Assembly: GCA_964106915.2 (NCBI GenBank)
Contig: OZ066922.1
Direction: 5' to 3' (one strand)
DNA length: 64,000 bases
DNA from: Podarcis gaigeae
Taxonomy: Eukaryota
Of this stretch, positions 51,154 through 64,000 are shown piece by piece. The notes under the pieces are model-generated. The model made no database searches, was not told the origin of the DNA, and saw only the letters and a list, made by a program, of their open reading frames with translations. The first letter of the stretch is position 1, and each line of letters opens with the position of its first letter. The translations under genes and the position numbers were made by a program.

Positions 51154-51604
51154 CCATACTTTCCCGTGTATTAGACGAGGTTTTTTTTTTTACTCCAAAA
51201 TAAATTTTAAAATGGAGGGGGGGGAGGTGTTGTCTTATACATGGGTAGTGCAGAGTGGGGGGCCGACAACTGGTTGCATCTGCAAGCAGGATCTAGTGGT
51301 TGGGTGGGTGAATGGTGTCTGCTGCAAGGGCTGCTTTGGATTGGCTGATGCTTTGTCAAATGGGTGGGTTATTAGTGGATGCGGCAAGGGCTGCTTTGGA
51401 TTGGCTGCTGCTTCTGCAATTTGGCTTGCGTCGCTTGCGATTGTTAGTTTTTTTCAGTTGGTTGAATGATTTTTGGCATTCCTCCCCCCCAAAAAAAACC
51501 TCAACAACTCTGGTCAATTTCTCCCCAAAAAGCTCTTTAATTTTAGTCCCCCAAAATAGGGGGCATCTTATACACGGGGGCATGTTATACATGGAAAATT
51601 TTGG
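51154..51604. mobile_element. Tc2/pogo-like MITE
   Basis: TIRs ccatactttcccgtgtattagac / gttatacatggaaaattttgg, TA TSD; internal ~60-bp tandem unit containing gcaagggctgctttggattggctg. Confidence 0.75.
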
Positions 51605-52019
51605 TATATAGGGTTCCAATTTGTCTCACATCTTCAGAAAACATACCAGTAAAGCCTAGCTATGTAGAAACATAAATTTCAAAATAATGATTAAAGGCAA
51701 GCCTGCGTGTGATGCACTGTGGTCACTGCAAAGATATCCAGGAATCTCTACTCCCTGTGGTGTCTGGCCAAGTGAGGGACCTGCATCTGATTAACAAGCA
51801 TTGGAATATGGGCATAAAAATGCTACCTATCTGCTTTAAGTCCACCTGGGAGAAGATTACCCCTTTGACATACTTAATGGCATGCCTGTTTTGACCCTGA
51901 GGCACAAGGTTCCTCTGAATTACCAGCAGCACATTTCACTTGGGCCCCCCAACATGGCATATTGCCCTTTGTTAAAGGTAAACACATTGCATTGTATCCT
52001 TCTGTACACAGAGGATTCT

Positions 52020-52230
52020 CTGAACAAGCCCAGAAGAGATTTATGTGATTAGAAGGATCAGGGAGGCAATATATCCTTTTTTCTGTATCTTCTAAATCTG
52101 CTCCAGAGGGTTGGAGGAATCTTTCGAACAGAATGAAAAGTAGCATCCGGGGAACAAACTGGAATTTTCAAAAATAGCTTCCCTCCCCTTCCATTCATAG
52201 AAACTTCTATCAAATAAAACAACTTTCTGT
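52020..52230. mobile_element. Second copy of the 1345-1558 foldback family
   Basis: aaatctgctccagagggttggaggaatc is the reverse complement of the ~1446-1473 core. Confidence 0.5.
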
Positions 52231-53808
52231 GAATGGAATTAGACCACACTGGAACAGCCCATGACATAAAATTAATTTGTGAAACTTGTTTTCTCTGAAT
52301 CCACACAGTGAATCATTAGTGAAATTAACCTCTAGCCAGAGGTCCATTTTGTTTAACAATTGGTCCATTGTGTAGTGTTTATGTATATACACGTTTGTGT
52401 TTCAGAATGTACAACTTGAAATGCCTCTTCCTATTAACACTGCTTACTAAGGCACTACTTCAATATCTTTGAAGAAGTGTCTAAAATCAACACCTGTAGA
52501 CTTCTCAAAGACTCCTGAGCAGAATGCAAGTTCACTGCCCTCTCATCCTGTTTCACATATCTGTTTATGTAATACAATGTTTCTAGACTGTAATTGACAC
52601 CAGTAAAGGAAATTCACACAAAGATATTATGTCACAGCAGGCTCTGCACTGGCAAATCAGAGAAAACACACACACAAGCGAAACCCCTTCAGAGAGCACT
52701 GCAATGATTTATAAATGAAGCTGAGAGCAGAGGTGTGATATATGAGAAATATAAGCAATTAAATGTGGGATATTGCTGGGTGTTGACAACAGACCGTGTA
52801 TAGTACATACAATTCAACACCTTCATGTTCCCATGAGGTGTCAAGATTCTCAGCCTCACATTATTCTACACCTTTAACAGGAATTGCATGGTATAGGCAC
52901 TGATGCCCATGTGTGGTTCTGCCATGTTTCAAATAAAGCAACAAAGGAATTAGATTATGAACAAAGCAGGTAATTTTAGTCAGCTTGGCTAGAAAAGCTG
53001 TGGGGGAACTATAAGCAACATTCATAAACTTATAAATATTAACAATTTAAGCAATAGGCTATACTACAGGTTTAACTACTGCAATATGGCCAAACATTCA
53101 GAAGAACTGTAATGGTTGTGAATATGTGTTTGAGAGTGTTCCCTACAATTAAAGGAAATGAGTGTGCCTTTAAAATGGTCTCTCTTTGATTCTGTTGATC
53201 AGTTTGTCATCTGTTGTTAAACCACTGTCTCACATGAACTACACAATCTAACTGATATTACACTTTAATATGTCTGCATGACTGTGGCTCTAGGGGCAAG
53301 AGGTAAGTGTAAAATGTTCCAGTTCTCCAGTACTCTGATGGTAGTGAAAACCTCCATCCAGCCTCTCAGAGCCAAAGTGTATTCTATATACTTCTTTCAC
53401 GCTAACATCTAATATACTGAACAGCAGGGAGTTGTAGACTGCTATAATGACTCATGATTTAGTGAGATACAGTGGCATGTTTAAATAGATTCCAGACTAA
53501 ATACCTGTGGGCAAACAGCATTAAGAAGTGGTATCAGTACTACTGATTATTCAATGAAAATGTATCTTAGTTCATAAACTAATCAGATTCCTAATGATTA
53601 TTAGTCCCCCAGGGGAGAGAAAATTAAGATAGAAGCAGTTTTTTAAATTACCTTTTGGACTAAATTCTATTTTATTTTGGATAAGCATGTATATTTTATT
53701 TTCTAAAGCATTATGTAGTAAGGTACTCAACAGCTCCAGCTAAAAAATCTGCTACAGGGTTACAGGGTAGCCCCAACTCCACTACAGCAGTGTGGTTAAT
53801 CCTACCAA

Positions 53809-54536
53809 GCCACAAGGCAGTAGAATTTTAGGATCAGAGCTTTCCTCCACCTAGATGGGCTACCTTCCCAGGTTGACAAGCCCCATCTGCTGCTTCTTTA
53901 TTGCTGGACTCACTACTAGTCTCGTCGCTCAATCCACCAGAGCCTATCTTTGCATGCAATGAAAGTTCCTAACTCACTGACGGTCTGAGATCCATTGGCT
54001 ACCCTCATCTGGTTGTTGTCGCATGTGGAGTGCAGGGTGGGGATCAAAGGTGGACAAACTACTCCAGAAGGAGCATGACTTCCTCCACACCACAGATACT
54101 ACCCCTCCTCTAACACACCATATGGCACAAACCCCACCAGCTTCAGGAGTAAATCCCATGGAAACATCTCTGGAAGAAGAAAAGGCTAGACAAATCCAGA
54201 GGTTGTTGGATACCTTCTTGTACACCGCCTTCTGGCAACTCCTTCAGCCAAGCTGGTACAAAATGTATTGCTCTGCTTTCTTTTGGGCCACATCAGTGAG
54301 GACGAGAGGGAGATATTGTCATCTGGGCAACCCAGGACCTCCATACACACAGTCCAGGCTTGCACCCTGGAGATATCACTTTGGTGCTGCTTTCAGCAAA
54401 AAACAATTCGGGAGGCAGCAGATACGAGTTACCATCTCTGAAGTAACAGCAGGTGCCGTGCTTCCCCAGTGGTTTGACTTCACCTCCCGAGGCACACTCC
54501 ATTGTCTCTTGAGACAGACAGATGCCAACAACAACA
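53809..54536 (+). mobile_element. Non-autonomous RTE-related retroposon, copy 3, 5'-inverted
   Basis: 53809-54135 is the reverse complement of the 5' half of copy 2; 54136-54536 is the sense 3' half ending (CAA)n; 11-bp TSD AATCCTACCAA (53798-53808, 54537-54547). Confidence 0.88.
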
Positions 54537-54569
54537 AATCCTACCAACCTCCTTCAATACAATCTTTAT

Positions 54570-54622
54570 AACATAAGGAGCTGCTTTATACTGAGTCACA
54601 CCAATGGACCTCTCAGTATTGT
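54570..54622 (-). mobile_element. CR1-type SINE/LINE tail fragment
   Basis: cataaggagctgctttatactgagtcacaccaatggacc. Confidence 0.45.
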
Positions 54623-55436
54623 GCTTAAATGCTTAAATATTCTGCCAGCCCCAGAGACAAAACAATGCTGGGTACCCGAAGACCAAATGGTCCCAAAGAT
54701 TCCTTCAGCCATTCACAGCTACCTTAGCAGTGAGAGACTGCATGGAGGCAGTCACTTCACCTCCACAAAAATGGCCCGAGTGCTTGTTAAACTATATTCT
54801 ATTTCTTACCCTATCCCAATTACAAGAAGGGCTGACCTTGCTTGGCATTTGACTGTCCATTGCAGTCTTTAGACAGGGCTGGCTAAACCCTAGCCCAGGG
54901 GCCTGAACCACACCTGCAAGCCATTTTTTCTGGCCCCTGGAAATACACCAATTCTGGTGCTGCCAGCAACAAAAAACCAAAACAAAGCAAAACATCACAG
55001 CACATTGGTGGCTTAAATTTCTCTCCTCAACCCAGCACCCTGAATGCGAATGCAAATCACCCCCCTCCTAATCATTAGATTGATAATTTGACAAGCAGAG
55101 GGAGAAAAATTCTACTTCTCACTCAAACTAGGAATTTGTAGGGATGCAAACTCCACTCCTGTGGTCTGTATTGGGGAAGGGTGTGTTTTTTAAGAGGATA
55201 AATTTCCCAGGAAAGATGGATGGGGCAAACATCATCCCACAACACAAACCCTATTACCCCAAGAGTAGTTGATGGCAAGTGTATTTTTGTGGATACAGCC
55301 TCTTTTCTGGGTGAGAGAGATATCTCAATTGACAATTGACTTGTCCATCAAAATGAAAGATTCCCTCACTTTTCCACTTCCTCCCCACTCAAGCATAGTG
55401 CATTTTCCTGGTCATCATGGCTTGACTATTTTTAAA

Positions 55437-55485
55437 AATAATAATAATGATGATGATGATGATGATGATGATAATGATGATGATG
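55437..55485. repeat. (AAT)/(GAT)n compound microsatellite
   Basis: Seen directly. Confidence 0.95.
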
Positions 55486-57976
55486 TAGCACTTGCTTTAA
55501 ATGTTAAGCATTTGGAGGCACCTGAGTATACAGACAAAACAGTATTTAGTATCCCATTCAAGATAACTTGTTAATGGCACAATCTGATTTTAGAATGTGA
55601 GTATGTCATCCAAATCACCCACTATTTGCCTTGCAGTCTGGGAAGAATACAGAGCTGACACCCCCCCCCCAGTATTTAATCTCTTATGTTATACATTTGT
55701 ATTAGATTTGCAAAGAATTAGCAACAAACAATGCCAAATCAAAATAAGTGATAAGTACTGCAATATCTTGCTCAATTCCAGATTAGTTACTATTCTTACT
55801 ATAAAGATGGTGGTGTCATAGAACTTGGGACTTGACAAAGTGAGGAGGAGTTTATTACACCGTGAATGCCTAGCACAAGAAAGTCCTTTGGTACAGCTAA
55901 GATAAGAGGGTTCTATTATGACTAGTAACACCCTTCTCTATTCAATCTTCTCAGTTCTTCTGACCTTTGACAATCTGCATCAAGTATGTGGATAAACATC
56001 ACGCTATCAGTGAATCCCCATCTTCTTCTTCCTTTCAAATTCGAAGTAAGAGGTTCAAAAAAATGTCAACCAAACCCTGAATAAGATATTTTGTGTCCTG
56101 CATAACACTAGATTATTTATTCTGCCACTTGACACAGGCTTTGCCTTTTTTCTGTGTATGAGATTTCCCACCTTAACCTTAAATTATTCTCTCCCTCTGG
56201 TATTCATTGATAGTCTCTGAAGCTCAGGCTTTATTCCCCTTCAAGGTTTATTCATCCTCTAAATACTCATCAGCCAGTGCAGGCTATAAAGAGAGTTCCC
56301 AGCAGTAGTTTTTAAAAATAAAAAAGATAAAATGCTCAGCCTCTGAACACTGAAGGCTCTAGTGACAGTACCTGGAATGCCTCCTGTTGACAATGATGGT
56401 TATCACTGGGGGCAACTGAAATCTGTTCATTCTGAACTGTCTTCAGAAATCACCCTTATCTGATTGTTCTTTCAGATCAAAAGAAATAAGAAGACAAAGT
56501 AAGCCATGCATATTCTTGCCCTGTGCACTTTGTTGTCAAAAGAGGGAGGAATCCCACTAGGAACCCTAAACCACTTTTAGATATTACTAATCTTTTCTGT
56601 GGATTTCTGTTTTCTCCCCCTTCATTTACTGCCAACTGCCATTGATATTTTAATGGCACAGAGAAGCAACTGTCAGGAATTACCTGTGCAAAACACATAG
56701 CAGAATCTAGACAGACAAAGTAACATATCTTGCTCTAAGGGAAATTACATGTAATTCACAGTATTTACTCCGAAGATTAAACCATTTCCCCTTGTTCAAT
56801 AAGGTAACTGTAGGTCTCTAAAAATAACTTCCTGAGCTTCTGAATGTGGTATTATTCACCCTACATTTTAGGCATTTCTGAAGTGTGTTCATATGTTTGC
56901 TTACATCATGTTCACTTTCAATTATGTAACTATGCTGTCCTGTTTAGAAGAGATGAAATTACATACCAGAATATGCTTATTACATCAACAGAGCCAGCAC
57001 TACTTTCTGGCAAATAATCTTTCAAATACAGAAGGAACTGCCTGCCAGTTTAATAGAAAGAACATAAGAGTACTTGGCATTCCCTTAAAAATGTGTTTCT
57101 TATCGGACACAGGAAGTCACTTTACATTAAACTGGGATTTAACACAATGTAACATGTCAAATGCTTAGTTGAAAAACAAATTGGAATAGAGTTGCATACA
57201 GTACATCTGAAGTATTGCAATCAGCTTCATACATTAAGACACTCACACATGCAGAGTTTTGGAATTCAAATGGTGAGGCAGTTTTTGGACCACTTCCCAA
57301 TACCCAGTGGGATCTTAATGGGACCTCTGCAAATATAAAAGCAACCTAAGCCCCTGAAAAACATCTGAACAAATGAAAGAATTTGCTCTGGTAAAGGTCT
57401 CTAAGCCTGTAATAAAATTGCTAGAATAACATATTTCAGCATGTTTTCATTAACCCATTTTTCATTGTATGATTTCTTATTTTGACATTAATCGAATCAA
57501 GGAATTAACTTTTCAGCTACCAATGTGTATCCTGAATATACTCTTTTGTTCCAGAAGAAGGTGGTACTTTGTTGTACCAATGCACCTTAATGAAGTGTAA
57601 CTGCATCTGACCCTGCTATTTTGTGTCTTTGTTCAGTGACACATCCAAGTGCCTTTCTCATTTTTTCAATTTCCACTAAGAAGCAGTAGGATCATGAAGT
57701 GCTGACCATCTTGCCCGTCAACTTCCAACTTCCTTCTCATTACGGTTTTTAAGCCTAGCAGTAATGTTGTTTAAAAAAACAATGGCCTGCCTTGTTTACT
57801 AACCCCTCGTATGCTGAGGCATTGCACTTGCACTTCTGGTTCAGGTTTTGATATTGGACTAAGGAACATGGATGACAACTCTCTAGGATACTAGGCTACC
57901 ATTAGCTACAAAGGAGAGAATGAATGAAAATGCCTTCTGCTGTCCTTCTTCATTAAGTAGGAACTGGCCTGTTCTA

Positions 57977-58405
57977 TTATTTTTTTTTAAACATTTTTTT
58001 ATTGCTTTTTTAAAAGTACAGAAATACAGAAAAAAGAATAAAGAATGGTTATAAGAAAGAGAGATATAAATAACAAATTTCCATATTCTTTTTCCATCTA
58101 ACCTATAGGACTTCCCCACATCCTCCGAACCCTGCGTTCTCTGTCTTATAAAGCATCAGCAATTTGTTAACTTATTTCAAAACTTATTGTATCTTCCATT
58201 TTATCATGTTCCCTGATTTCAAATATACTGTAACTCAATTCTTGTGCGTTTTATATTGAACACAATAAAGTTGTTTCATTATTTTACCTCTGAATTCTTG
58301 TGTCTTAATTTTCATTCCAATAGCTTACATTTGCTGAAGCTAGAATTTCCTGAAAGGTGCATTTTTTTTAACATTCATACAGCTTATAGTGTTTTTTCAA
58401 ATAGT
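57977..58405 (-). mobile_element. 5'-truncated L1-type LINE (ORF2 end plus 3' UTR)
   Basis: 17-bp TSD GGAACTGGCCTGTTCTA (57960-57976, 58406-58422); AATAAA and A-rich tail on minus strand; TT/AGAA-like target site. Confidence 0.8.
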
Positions 58406-58672
58406 GGAACTGGCCTGTTCTAAACCACACTAGTATAGGTCCTGGGGTCAAATCCTGATATAGAAGGGGAAAGACTGTTACAGTCTTTCTTTTTCAAACA
58501 CTCCACTCTTTCCTACAAAAAGAGCTTCTACCTTAAGTACAAACTTACCACAACCTGACACTTGGAACAAAATAACTTTCATTATTGTACATGAAATGTA
58601 CAGATGTTATAAACTATTTCAACAGAGTCCCAGAATGTTGAACAAACAGTTCAATTCTCAGTTCTTGCAATA

Positions 58673-59083
58673 CAGGTAACTCACACCTTATGTGAGGGTT
58701 CGGTTCCAGGGGTCCACGTGTATATGCAAAAACACATGAAGCCAGGAATCCCCAGAACTGGTCCCCCTGCAAGGTAGGGGGCTACCTGGCTTCCAGAAGG
58801 TGGCATGAAGTCTCTGGCAGTGTCCCAAAGCCTCCCCCCTGCTTCTCCAAGGCCCTGTAAGTGAATACCCAGCTTTGGGAAGGAGGCAGGAGAGCTCTGG
58901 GATGCTGCCAGAGCCCTTGTGCAGTCTTCCCAAAGTCAGGTAAGCCTGCAATTGAAGATTTGCACAGGTTTGTGTAGGGAAATAACTGGAGACTGGGTTT
59001 CCACTACTTTCCATTTGGTTATTCCCCTCCCCTGCAGATCTGTGATTGAGTAAGTTAAATAAGCGTAAGTTGCAAGTTACCTT
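58673..59083. mobile_element. Tigger-like non-autonomous DNA transposon
   Basis: TA + caggtaactcacaccttatg ... gcgtaagttgcaagttacc + TA-rich flank; related to 49612-50074. Confidence 0.7.
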
Positions 59084-60689
59084 ATATATATTCACCCAGT
59101 AGCTTCAGGTACTGACACTCTTGATTTCTAGACTGACTAGTTTATTTCCCTGAGGCCATGAAGGTCAGAGGACTACATGAAAACACATACAAAAATCACA
59201 ACACTAAATGGTTCAGGGTTTGTTTTTCAAAGAGTAGCCTCTTGCATATAAATAGCATGTTAATATTATTAGAGGTAACAGAGCAGATTAGGAAGCCACA
59301 ATTTTTGCTCTTCAGAACTAAGTTTAAAAGTAAGTCCATCAACAAAAACATTAACTGGGACTTCTTAGAAGGAATATTGCTACAATGCTGAAACAATGAA
59401 TATATATATCTAAATTATTTGCTTCACCTCTAAAAAAAATTATAGGTTATGCCAATATTTAAATAAGTGTGCGGAAAACCAGAGAAAAATTGTTTGGAGC
59501 TTGAAAATTATTATTTTTATGTATTTTTTTAAACTGGGCCTGCAATATTTTAGGATTCACATTTTCTGTTTCTTTGAAAACATTTCTCCTTTTATGCATG
59601 TTCAGTGACACTTTAACAATGACCGTTTTCATTATAACACATAGTTAAATCTGATTTTCAGAAGAAGGATTAGATTTGAGTGATGTTGTTGGGAATTGCA
59701 ACCTGAAATGCAGTAAAATGAAATAGTTTTTGTTTTGTTTTGTAAGAAAGGGGTCTTTAGAAATGTTCACATGAAGTCATGTGTTGGCTGTGGTGCCGAA
59801 GTAAATCGCCCACCTGTAGCCATTTCCCTTCCTGGGTTGTGGTTTCAGGAGTGGGATTTATTTATTTTTGTCTGGTCCACAGTTGGGGAGGAAGGGATTA
59901 AAACTCCTCCCTGCACTAATCTTATTTTCCCCAACTGCTTTTTAAAAAAATTAGAAGTGTGAAGTGCAGCCTCACAATTCATGTATCTAGTTTGGCCCTT
60001 AGCCATTTCATCCCAAACTGCAAATGGCTAAGACACTTTGCAACTGTAGATTTCTCATCCTCATACACAGCCAGGAGTAATTTGATAGAGTCCTAACACA
60101 GCTTCAAATTCTACTGTGTGATAAATATGAAAAATGTTCCTGCTTCTCAAGTCACTTCTGATACAACTTTGTATCTTTTGTTGCCACATTTTCTCTGCCA
60201 TCCTGCACCTTCAACAGGAGACAAAACAGGCAAAAGCTTTCTACTGCACTGCATGCTGGGAAAGCTTTTCTTGATGGATTTCTATCCTGCAATTGTTACA
60301 GGCAAACCTCCTCTCCCCATAGAAGATCTATTTCTCTTTGTTAAACTTGGAAGGTGTCCCATTATTGTTATCTATTCCAGGAAAAGGCTTACAGGAAGAC
60401 AAGAAAATTGGAGGGATTTGGCAAGCCTGCATTGTGCAAGTAGAAGTGTTCTTCTTGTACATCACTGGATCCAGGCCACTGAAACTACTATGGCTTACTT
60501 CTGAGTAAATATATGCAAATGAAAGTATCCTCCTGTAACTGGAAGTGCATACGCAAAAGACTATACCATGGACATAAAATACTACACACTGTAATTCAAT
60601 ATGAACTTTGTAATGATAGATTTTAAAATTATATATAATAATTTTTAAATTTATCATTACACAGTTTATATTGAATTCAATTATATTGA

Positions 60690-60691
<2 letters not shown>

Positions 60692-60725
<34 letters not shown>
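60692..60725. repeat. (CA)n microsatellite
   Basis: Pure CA run. Confidence 0.95.
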
Positions 60726-60727
<2 letters not shown>

Positions 60728-62659
60728 AATCTATACATGGCATGTTATAATAAATACGTATACAACAGATTTATTTGATATGTTAAGTCACATATACAAT
60801 GCTATAAAAACATCCAGAAGATGCAACCTAGGTTCTATAAATTGCTACAAATATTCTGTTCCTCATCAATATAAGAAAATTCAAGAATCCAGGAAATGAT
60901 TTAAACCATGCTTTTCTACTTTTGTTAGTGTTGAACTAGTATAAGAAATCCACAATAAATTTCGACCATTTACAGGTGGATGAGTTGCCAGTATATATGT
61001 TTTTGCACTTGGAAACCACCCTTTTGAACACTTTAACAGAAATTATGGTTGGCTCCTGCCAAAGGTGTGCACTTTTAACACCCACCTGTCTTTTGCCCAG
61101 CCCGTGAAGTCAAGGATTTCAAGAAGCAAAGCTTTTACTCAGAGCAACATTTTGCAGATTATAAATCAGAAAATACTTTTTTCTAAATACCTTAATAACC
61201 ATTGCCATACAATGCCTTGTTCCACTTTATGATGCTAAGAATATATTCAGTGTAGCAACTGCAGTCTAGCCACACTAACAATAGCTGACATTTTAACAGA
61301 GACCTGTGAAAGTGAGTGCATACATAGGCAAGCATACAGCACATGCTAACAAGGGGGAAAAAATACTATGGCTTTATCCCTGGCAGATGTAAGGTAACTT
61401 TCTACTCCTCCGTTTTATGAAAAGAAATGATTGTATTGGTTTTATTAGGAAACAGCATATCCAAGGAACCTCCTCTCTTTCCCAAAAGGATAGACAGTTA
61501 TGAATAGTTATCTTTCAACGTGCCTCTCATAGGAGCACTAGAACATTCAAGTCTATACATTAGCTATTAAAGTCTAAATGCTAACCCTGGAAAAATTCAC
61601 CACAAGAGAAGAGCAATTTTCATATAACTGACAAAAGACAAGTTTGAACAGAGGATACTTAAAGGTTGACATGCTTTATTATAGTGGTATTCACACAGAT
61701 TGCTGTTTCTCTGAAGAAACAAATAGAGACCAGACCAAATGTTAGGGAACTGAAATAATATTATCAACAATGCACTTCAGTAGAAAATAGGACTGCTTTT
61801 GTATCTCATATAGAGTTATATTTTTATGGCAGAAAGCCCACAAATTATTATGTTCCTATACAGGGTGCCTGAAATTAGCCACAATAGCACCTATTAGCAA
61901 TAATAGGAGCTCTTCACCTTCTCCTCTTGCACACCGCAGACAATCTACCCTAAGGAGAATTATAGATAATGTATCTTTCTCAGCATTTACAGGTTTGCAA
62001 CGCATGTAAAATATGTAAGGGGAAATGGATGGTATAGTCATTAATTTGCCATTCTTTTCCAGGCACAATTATGTGCAATTATGAGAGTTGCTTATAGTTT
62101 GGTATGAGGATAAACTTATACAAAAGTTTATAAGCACGATTAAAGACAAAATTTACCACAGTGAAACACTTTTCCTAAACTGGTTTGATTCTTCCTGCAC
62201 ATGGAATACAGAACAATGCAGATGACTTGCATTGCATACAAGATGCTCAAAACCCCCATCCTTTCCTTTCACAAGGTTTTGATTAATTACTCACATTATT
62301 TTTCATGAAGGCCTATGTTATCACTTTTCTCATAGATCCCAATGGTAGAAAATACGACTTCGTGCCTGAGAGAATTATTAACAAGACCCCTAGTGATTAA
62401 TGCGGGTGAATGCAACACTCTGCTCCTCTGTGACTTAGCAACCTGAAGTCTGAACTGCTTACATATTTTGAAAGTTAACTTAAAATAGAAAACTGAGCTT
62501 TTACAGCTCAGTTTAATAATGATAATGTAGGTGAATGGAGCCCTTTGGTGTGATGGTATAAACATGTATGCAAAGGCTACTTCCTTTTTTCTCTCATCAA
62601 GTGGCAGCTACTCCGTGCTACTTTCATAAGCTGTTTTTAACAGCCTCACAACCAAAATA

Positions 62660-63890
62660 CAAATAATTGCAGGCTGGTTGGCAACAGTCCCTTCCTGGGC
62701 TTTTTGAGTGGGTGGTTGTTGACCAACTCCAGGTGCTTTTGAATCAGAATGACTTTCTGGTCCTTTTTTAATCAGAGTTTAGCCTCCGCTTTAGCACTTG
62801 ATCACTCTGTATGATGAGCTATGTTGGAAAAGAGACCTAAGGGATGGTGACCTGTTGATCATCCTAGATCTGTCAGTTTTGAAAAAAAAAATCAATCGTG
62901 GTGTACTTCTGGGTAGGTTGTCAGAGCAGGGGGTGGGAAGTACTGCTTTTCAATGATTTTGCTTCAACCTGCGTGGGTTAATCCAGAAGATGGTACCTGG
63001 CAGGTATGGCTCAGCCCATGAAACCTCCAGTATGGGGGTTGTACTGAGTTCATTCTTATCATCTGGAGTTTTGGAGTGCATTGTCATCTATATGCAGACG
63101 ACGCTCAACTCTGTTTTACTTGTAAATCTCAGATAGGTAAAGCAGCGGACATGCTGAGCTTGTGTCTGACTGCAGTAATGAACTAGATGAGCGCCAATAA
63201 ACTGAAACTCAGACAATACAGAAACAGAGGAAGTAATTCCTCAGTTCAGACACATGAAATTCTGCCAGTTTGGGTTGGGTCACACTCCCCTTAAAGGATC
63301 AGCTTCATGGTCCAGAGTACTCTTGGATCTACTACTATCACTGGAAGTACATGGTCTCCTTGATATGGAGTGCCTTCTAACAGCTTTGGATAATGACTCA
63401 CCTATTCCCATATATCCTGGATTCAGTGGTATATGCCCTGGAAACCTCATGCTGCAGTGGGGATGCCTTTGAAGATGGATTGGCAGAGTAGCCTCTAGCA
63501 TGTCATAATGAGCCAGTTCAAGCATCAGATGAGGGTGGGCAACAGAAGCAGCCCCCATTCCTTCTGAGCCCCAGCCACAGCTCTCCTCTGTTGCATGACA
63601 GAGGCAGGTGTGCCACATGACCTGGATTGTATCACCTAAACTAGCTTGCTTCCCTCAGGTGTGGTGAAGGATGCTTTCTCATTGCCAGCTTGGATGGCAG
63701 CTACAAAGGAGAGGCCTTTTAACTAGTGGCTGTTGCTTGACTGTATAATGACTTATTGATGTGATCATTAGAATGGATGCTTTTTATTCTGTTTTAATCT
63801 CTGACTTTTTCTGTGTATTTTTACATTATCATATGCAACCTTGTACCTCACCTTGAGATGATTTGTAAAAGGCAATTAAAAAGTTTAAAT
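62660..63890 (+). mobile_element. Decayed L2 LINE (RT domain to 3' end)
   Basis: Frameshifted relics of NYRPV..PFLG, LLI.LDLS and YADD (tatgcagacgac 63091-63102); L2-like 3' terminus near 63840-63890. Confidence 0.85.
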
Positions 63891-64000
63891 TATCACCATC
63901 AACATTTTTTAAAAAAATAATATTAGACTGGAAGGACTCATTCTTGACAATGGTTTCTGCTAATCACTGGCTTGTTATCAAGACAATTACAAATTGACAT

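Noticed and set aside
54023-54571. 182-aa ORF
   Set aside because: Crosses the inversion junction of a non-coding retroposon; frame not kept in the other copies
55269-55574. ORF with a poly-Asp tract
   Set aside because: Translation of a (GAT)n microsatellite
56476-56498. 23-nt plus-strand mini-exon (ttcag|...|gtaagc)
   Set aside because: No linked exons or promoter evidence; cannot be supported from sequence alone

Overview
Vertebrate genomic DNA from a squamate reptile, probably a lacertid lizard (inferred from Sauria SINEs with (ACCTTT)n tails and squamate-type L2/CR1 tails). No protein-coding exon can be supported; the ORF track appears to be noise from GC-rich, low-complexity or transposon sequence. 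A CpG island at about 8.3-12.1 kb holds a minus-strand TATA/CCAAT promoter and a long non-coding first exon (strong donor at 9035) of a gene I cannot name, which runs off the left edge. Extra 5' exons are possible at about 8661, 5943-5985 and 39. The remaining ~52 kb is upstream intergenic DNA with motif-dense candidate enhancers and many transposons: Sauria SINEs, Tc1/mariner, hAT and Harbinger-like MITEs, solo LTRs, L1/L2/CR1 fragments and a Penelope-type hammerhead relic. The most notable observation is a ~700-bp non-autonomous retroposon with a (CAA)n tail, present in three copies. One copy (53809-54536) has its whole 5' half inverted inside an intact 11-bp target-site duplication (TSD). 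That is the geometry of twin priming, mainly described for L1, here in an apparently RTE-related element. No CRISPR, rRNA or true tRNA genes. There is a 332-N assembly gap at 17318-17649.
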